Below, one piece after another: positions 60,730 through 64,000 of a stretch of DNA of 64,000 bases; within the stretch, counting starts at the first letter, position 1; each line of letters starts with the position of its first letter. The DNA is from Nonlabens sp. (lineage in GTDB: Bacteria > Bacteroidota > Bacteroidia > Flavobacteriales > Flavobacteriaceae). The position numbers were made by a program, and so were the translations under genes. The stretch lies in the NCBI RefSeq assembly GCF_039770275.1, contig NZ_JBDMYO010000012.1, one strand, 5' to 3'. Below the pieces are notes generated by a model, which did not search any database, was not told the origin of the DNA, and saw only the letters and a list, made by a program, of their open reading frames with translations.

Positions 60730-62190
60730 ATGCTTTTTTATTCCTCGCTTTCGCGAAAGCGTAACTATTATACAGCCCATGTTATCGCCCTACTAACATG
60801 CCTACTGATCATTTGCTCTTGTGAAAAAAAAGATGATGATTCTACATCCCTTTATGTTACTGGAAAAATTATTAATCCAAAAGGGGATTATGTAATTATT
60901 AAAAATTATTCTGGAATCAACGATACACTTGCATTAGATAAAAAAGGCGTTTTTATCAAAGAATATAAAGAGCTAAAACCAGGTCTTTACACATTCACAC
61001 ATCCGACAGAGTATCAATCTATTTATTTAGGTCATGGCGATACTTTGCGTTTAAGATTAAACACAAAGGCATTTGATGAATCCCTTGCTTTTACTGGTGC
61101 AGCAGCAAAAGAAAATAATTATTTAATTAATTTATTTCTAGAGATCGAGGAACAAAATAGATCTCTTTTGAGCGAATATCAAAGAGAGCCTAGTGACTTT
61201 AAAAAAATGATTGATAGCATTAATGAAATTAGAGTTAAAAAACTTAACAAGTTAGCTTCGGCAAATAAATTTCAAGATGAATTTGTGAAAAGCGCTATGA
61301 AAATACTCAATTTCAATTCGTGGTCCCGACTAGAACGCTATGCATCTGCACATTATGGGAAAAATGAAATTCTAAAAAGTGATGTTCTTCCTTCTAATTT
61401 TTATTCCTACAGACGTGATTTAGAAATATGCAGTACAGATTTATTAAACAATTATGCTTACCGCCCTTACATAACAGCACATTTATCTAATCTTGCTCTT
61501 TATAATTGTGCTCTCAAGCATGGAACTGGAAAAACGGTGGATCGCAATGGCCTTGAATACCGTAAAGAAAAACTGAATGTTATAGACAGTCTTTTTACAG
61601 ACGAAGAGTTAAAAGGTCTTTTTGCAGGTATTGAAACTAGAAATTTCATAAGAAGCAGAAAAAACGCTGTTGAAATTAATCAACTGGTTGCAAAATTTCT
61701 AGAAATTTCTCAAGATGAAGAATTGAATAATGAAATCACAAAAATGGCTGCCACCTACATCGACCTAGATCCAGGCAATAAGCTCCCTGATTTTGACCTT
61801 TACAAATTTAATAAAGAAATTACCACACTTTCTTCTCAAGTGAAAGGATTGAGCGTTCTTTTTTACTGGTCCAATAAGAATGAATCCTATGCATTGAGAA
61901 TTCATAGAAAAGTAAATGATTTAAGGATAAAATATCCAGAAATCAATTTTATAGGTGTTAATCTAGACGATCCAAAAAGTAATGTATGGAGTGAAACCAG
62001 CCAGAAATTTGGTTTCAAAAAATCATCAGAATTTCAATTAGTAGATAATCAATCTATAAGTAAACAGCTGGCGTTAAGAAATGACAATCGCAGTATGGTT
62101 ATCGCGCCAGAACTAGTCATATTAGACCCAAACATTAATTTGTTTCATTATCAAATAGAAACCACACTATTAGGTTATTTAAGTAGATAG
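60730..62190 (+). CDS. Lipoprotein with a C-terminal TlpA/thioredoxin-like fold (no CxxC)
   Basis: Lipobox ICSC; C-terminal GNKLPDF..VLFYWS..IGVNLD; start at ATG 60730 inferred. Confidence 0.7.
   Translation: MLFYSSLSRKRNYYTAHVIALLTCLLIICSCEKKDDDSTSLYVTGKIINPKGDYVIIKNYSGINDTLALDKKGVFIKEYKELKPGLYTFTHPTEYQSIYLGHGDTLRLRLNTKAFDESLAFTGAAAKENNYLINLFLEIEEQNRSLLSEYQREPSDFKKMIDSINEIRVKKLNKLASANKFQDEFVKSAMKILNFNSWSRLERYASAHYGKNEILKSDVLPSNFYSYRRDLEICSTDLLNNYAYRPYITAHLSNLALYNCALKHGTGKTVDRNGLEYRKEKLNVIDSLFTDEELKGLFAGIETRNFIRSRKNAVEINQLVAKFLEISQDEELNNEITKMAATYIDLDPGNKLPDFDLYKFNKEITTLSSQVKGLSVLFYWSNKNESYALRIHRKVNDLRIKYPEINFIGVNLDDPKSNVWSETSQKFGFKKSSEFQLVDNQSISKQLALRNDNRSMVIAPELVILDPNINLFHYQIETTLLGYLSR
60746..60761. 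repeat. Palindrome copy (perfect) in the signal-peptide n-region, encodes SLSRKR
   Basis: Direct match. Confidence 0.95.
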
Positions 62191-62200
62191 TGAGCTTAAT

Positions 62201-62234
62201 AAAAAAGGTCTTGATAAAAATCAAGACCTTTTTT
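62201..62234. terminator. Bidirectional intrinsic terminator
   Basis: AAAAAAGGTCTTGA-TAAAAA-TCAAGACCTTTTTT. Confidence 0.8.
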
Positions 62235-62267
62235 GTTTCTCATTTATTACTGATAAGTAATTAAACA

Positions 62268-62924
62268 TTAAGAATTTCCTTTCTTATAGTCTTCAAGAAA
62301 TTTAGCAAGTCCTATATCTGTTAAAGGGTGTTTTAATAATCCTTCAATAGAAGAAAGTGGTCCCGTCATTACATCTGCACCTAATTTTGCACAATCAATA
62401 ACGTGCATAGTATGTCTTACAGATGCGGCAAGAATTTCTGTTTCAAAACCATAATTATCAAAAATCATTCTAATCTCTGCAATAAGGTTCAAACCGTCTG
62501 TGCTGATGTCGTCTAATCTTCCAATAAATGGAGATACATAAGTAGCACCTGCTTTTGCAGCTAATAACGCCTGACCTGCGCTAAAAACAAGAGTAACATT
62601 AGTCTTGATTCCTTTATCAGAAAAATACTTACAAGCTTTAACACCATCCTTAATCATTGGTAATTTTACTACGATCTGATCATTAAGTGCTGCTAGAGCT
62701 TCTCCTTCTCTAACCATACCTTCAAAATCTGTAGAAATCACCTCTGCACTTACATCACCTTCAACAAGGTCACAAATCTTCTTGTAGTGATTGATAATAT
62801 TTTCTTCACCAGTAATGCCTTCTTTGGCCATAAGTGAAGGGTTTGTAGTAACGCCATCAAGAATACCCATATCCTGAGCATCTGCAATTTGATCTAGGTT
62901 TGCTGTGTCAATAAAAAATTTCAT
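62268..62924 (-). CDS. fsa: Transaldolase / fructose-6-phosphate aldolase family
   Basis: MKFFIDTAN, GVTTNPSL, VVKLP, NVTL.FS, YVSPFIGR.DD. Confidence 0.92.
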   Translation of the reverse strand: MKFFIDTANLDQIADAQDMGILDGVTTNPSLMAKEGITGEENIINHYKKICDLVEGDVSAEVISTDFEGMVREGEALAALNDQIVVKLPMIKDGVKACKYFSDKGIKTNVTLVFSAGQALLAAKAGATYVSPFIGRLDDISTDGLNLIAEIRMIFDNYGFETEILAASVRHTMHVIDCAKLGADVMTGPLSSIEGLLKHPLTDIGLAKFLEDYKKGNS

Positions 62925-63040
62925 CGTTTTTTTTCTTTAAGGTAATAGTTATAAATATCTGCAAAAATGGAGTTTACCTTTGTTAATTAAGTATTTTTGC
63001 TAACCTAAATATGATTATTTTTTAACAAATCACTTTAGTT

Positions 63041-63862
63041 ATGAATAGAATTACAAAGTACTCTATTGTAGCTCTTACCATATTACTTATTACTAGCAGC
63101 TGTAGTTTATTTAAACCAGTCAGCTCTACTGACCCATTTATAATAGATCCATCTACTCCGCCAGGGACTATAAAGCTGACAAATGATCTTTATATAGATC
63201 GCGTCCCTGTTACAAATTTAATGTATAACGAGTTTTTAGAGAATATTGAAAACTACTGGTCTTTAGAAAAGCATGAAAAGATGAAGGAATATCCACGTTT
63301 TGGATTAGAAGAAGATAGTGTTTTCACTCCATGGACTGGGAACACTCGTTTGTATATGCAGGTAAATCATCAAAATCCAGAAGAGATGATCACTACAAAA
63401 TTAAATATGGAAAACTATGCCAATAGTCCATTTTTTCAATGGCATCCCGTAGTAAACATTTCTAGAAAACAGGCAGAATTATATTGTTTATGGCGCACTG
63501 ATCTAGCAAATGCAGTTTATGCAATGAAAAGTAAGAATGCTTCAAGACGTTCTATATTTCCATATCAAGTAAAATTTAGATTACCAACGCAAAAAGAAAT
63601 GATAGCTGCTCAAAACAAATTAGAGCGTGAATATAAATTGACTAAGTATCAGGAACAAATTTATGCCTACACCGGTGACTTTGGACTTTTTAGAAGAATG
63701 CAAGACAATAAAGGCCAGATGACTATCTTAGAAATTAAAGAAATTGCAAAAGACACCGTATTTAACGCTATGTTAGATAGACGTTTATCTTATTACGAGC
63801 AAGAAGAGCTTAAGACAGGTTTTAGGTGTATCTGTGAGGTTACTAAGGAACAGAAAAATTAG
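63041..63862 (+). CDS. Lipoprotein with an FGE/SUMF1-like (GldJ/GldK-related) domain
   Basis: Lipobox TSSC; YIDR.PVTN..Y.EF, HPVVNIS..QA..YC.WR, RLPT..E, GFRC. Confidence 0.75.
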   Translation: MNRITKYSIVALTILLITSSCSLFKPVSSTDPFIIDPSTPPGTIKLTNDLYIDRVPVTNLMYNEFLENIENYWSLEKHEKMKEYPRFGLEEDSVFTPWTGNTRLYMQVNHQNPEEMITTKLNMENYANSPFFQWHPVVNISRKQAELYCLWRTDLANAVYAMKSKNASRRSIFPYQVKFRLPTQKEMIAAQNKLEREYKLTKYQEQIYAYTGDFGLFRRMQDNKGQMTILEIKEIAKDTVFNAMLDRRLSYYEQEELKTGFRCICEVTKEQKN

Positions 63863-63872
63863 TATATTATTT

Positions 63873-63888
63873 CGCTTTCGCGAAAGCG
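63873..63888. repeat. Palindrome copy (perfect, intergenic)
   Basis: Direct match. Confidence 0.95.
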
Positions 63889-64000
63889 ACACAACAAAAT
63901 CCTATCAAATAGGTTGAGCAATTATTGATGTTTCATAAATAGTAGAAACCTAATTTTCCCATTTCAAACGAGATTATATAGTTGATCTATACTGGATAAA

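Noticed and set aside
63889-64000. Possible gene end at the right edge of the window
   Set aside because: All minus-strand frames stop within a few codons; nothing identifiable

Overview
64 kb of low-GC chromosomal DNA from a marine Flavobacteriaceae (Bacteroidota; gene content and order resemble Nonlabens/Dokdonia-type genomes, which is an inference). It is mostly core housekeeping DNA: fabI, recN, coaBC, rpoZ, bamD, dapA, amtB, ligA, prmC, ribD, dnaA, menE/menC, trxB, ahpC, mutL, an ABC-F ATPase and a transaldolase. It also holds a DUF4870-PadR-PspC-GIN envelope-stress cluster, a seven-gene MoxR/DUF58/DUF4350/DUF4129/SpoIIM operon with a divergent RDD gene, and a small accessory patch (about 14.8-23.2 kb) with a PIN toxin-antitoxin module, a GH20-CutC-GH2 cluster and REP-like hairpins. 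I found no rRNA, tRNA, CRISPR array, transposase or integrase. The most striking unexplained signal is a 16-bp palindrome, CGCTTTCGCGAAAGCG, present 20 times (14 perfect, 6 with 1-2 mismatches). Eleven copies lie inside protein-coding genes in all three reading frames (AFAKA, RFRES, LSRK) and mostly appear to replace codons rather than insert. Other notable items: a tandem, N-terminally truncated, C-terminally diverged second antitoxin upstream of a TA module that is translationally coupled to ligA; three operator-like sites at exact 53-bp spacing upstream of amtB; and a roughly 105-nt rod-like RNA that may be a Flavobacteria-type 6S RNA. All product calls come from motif recognition by eye; no database searches were run.
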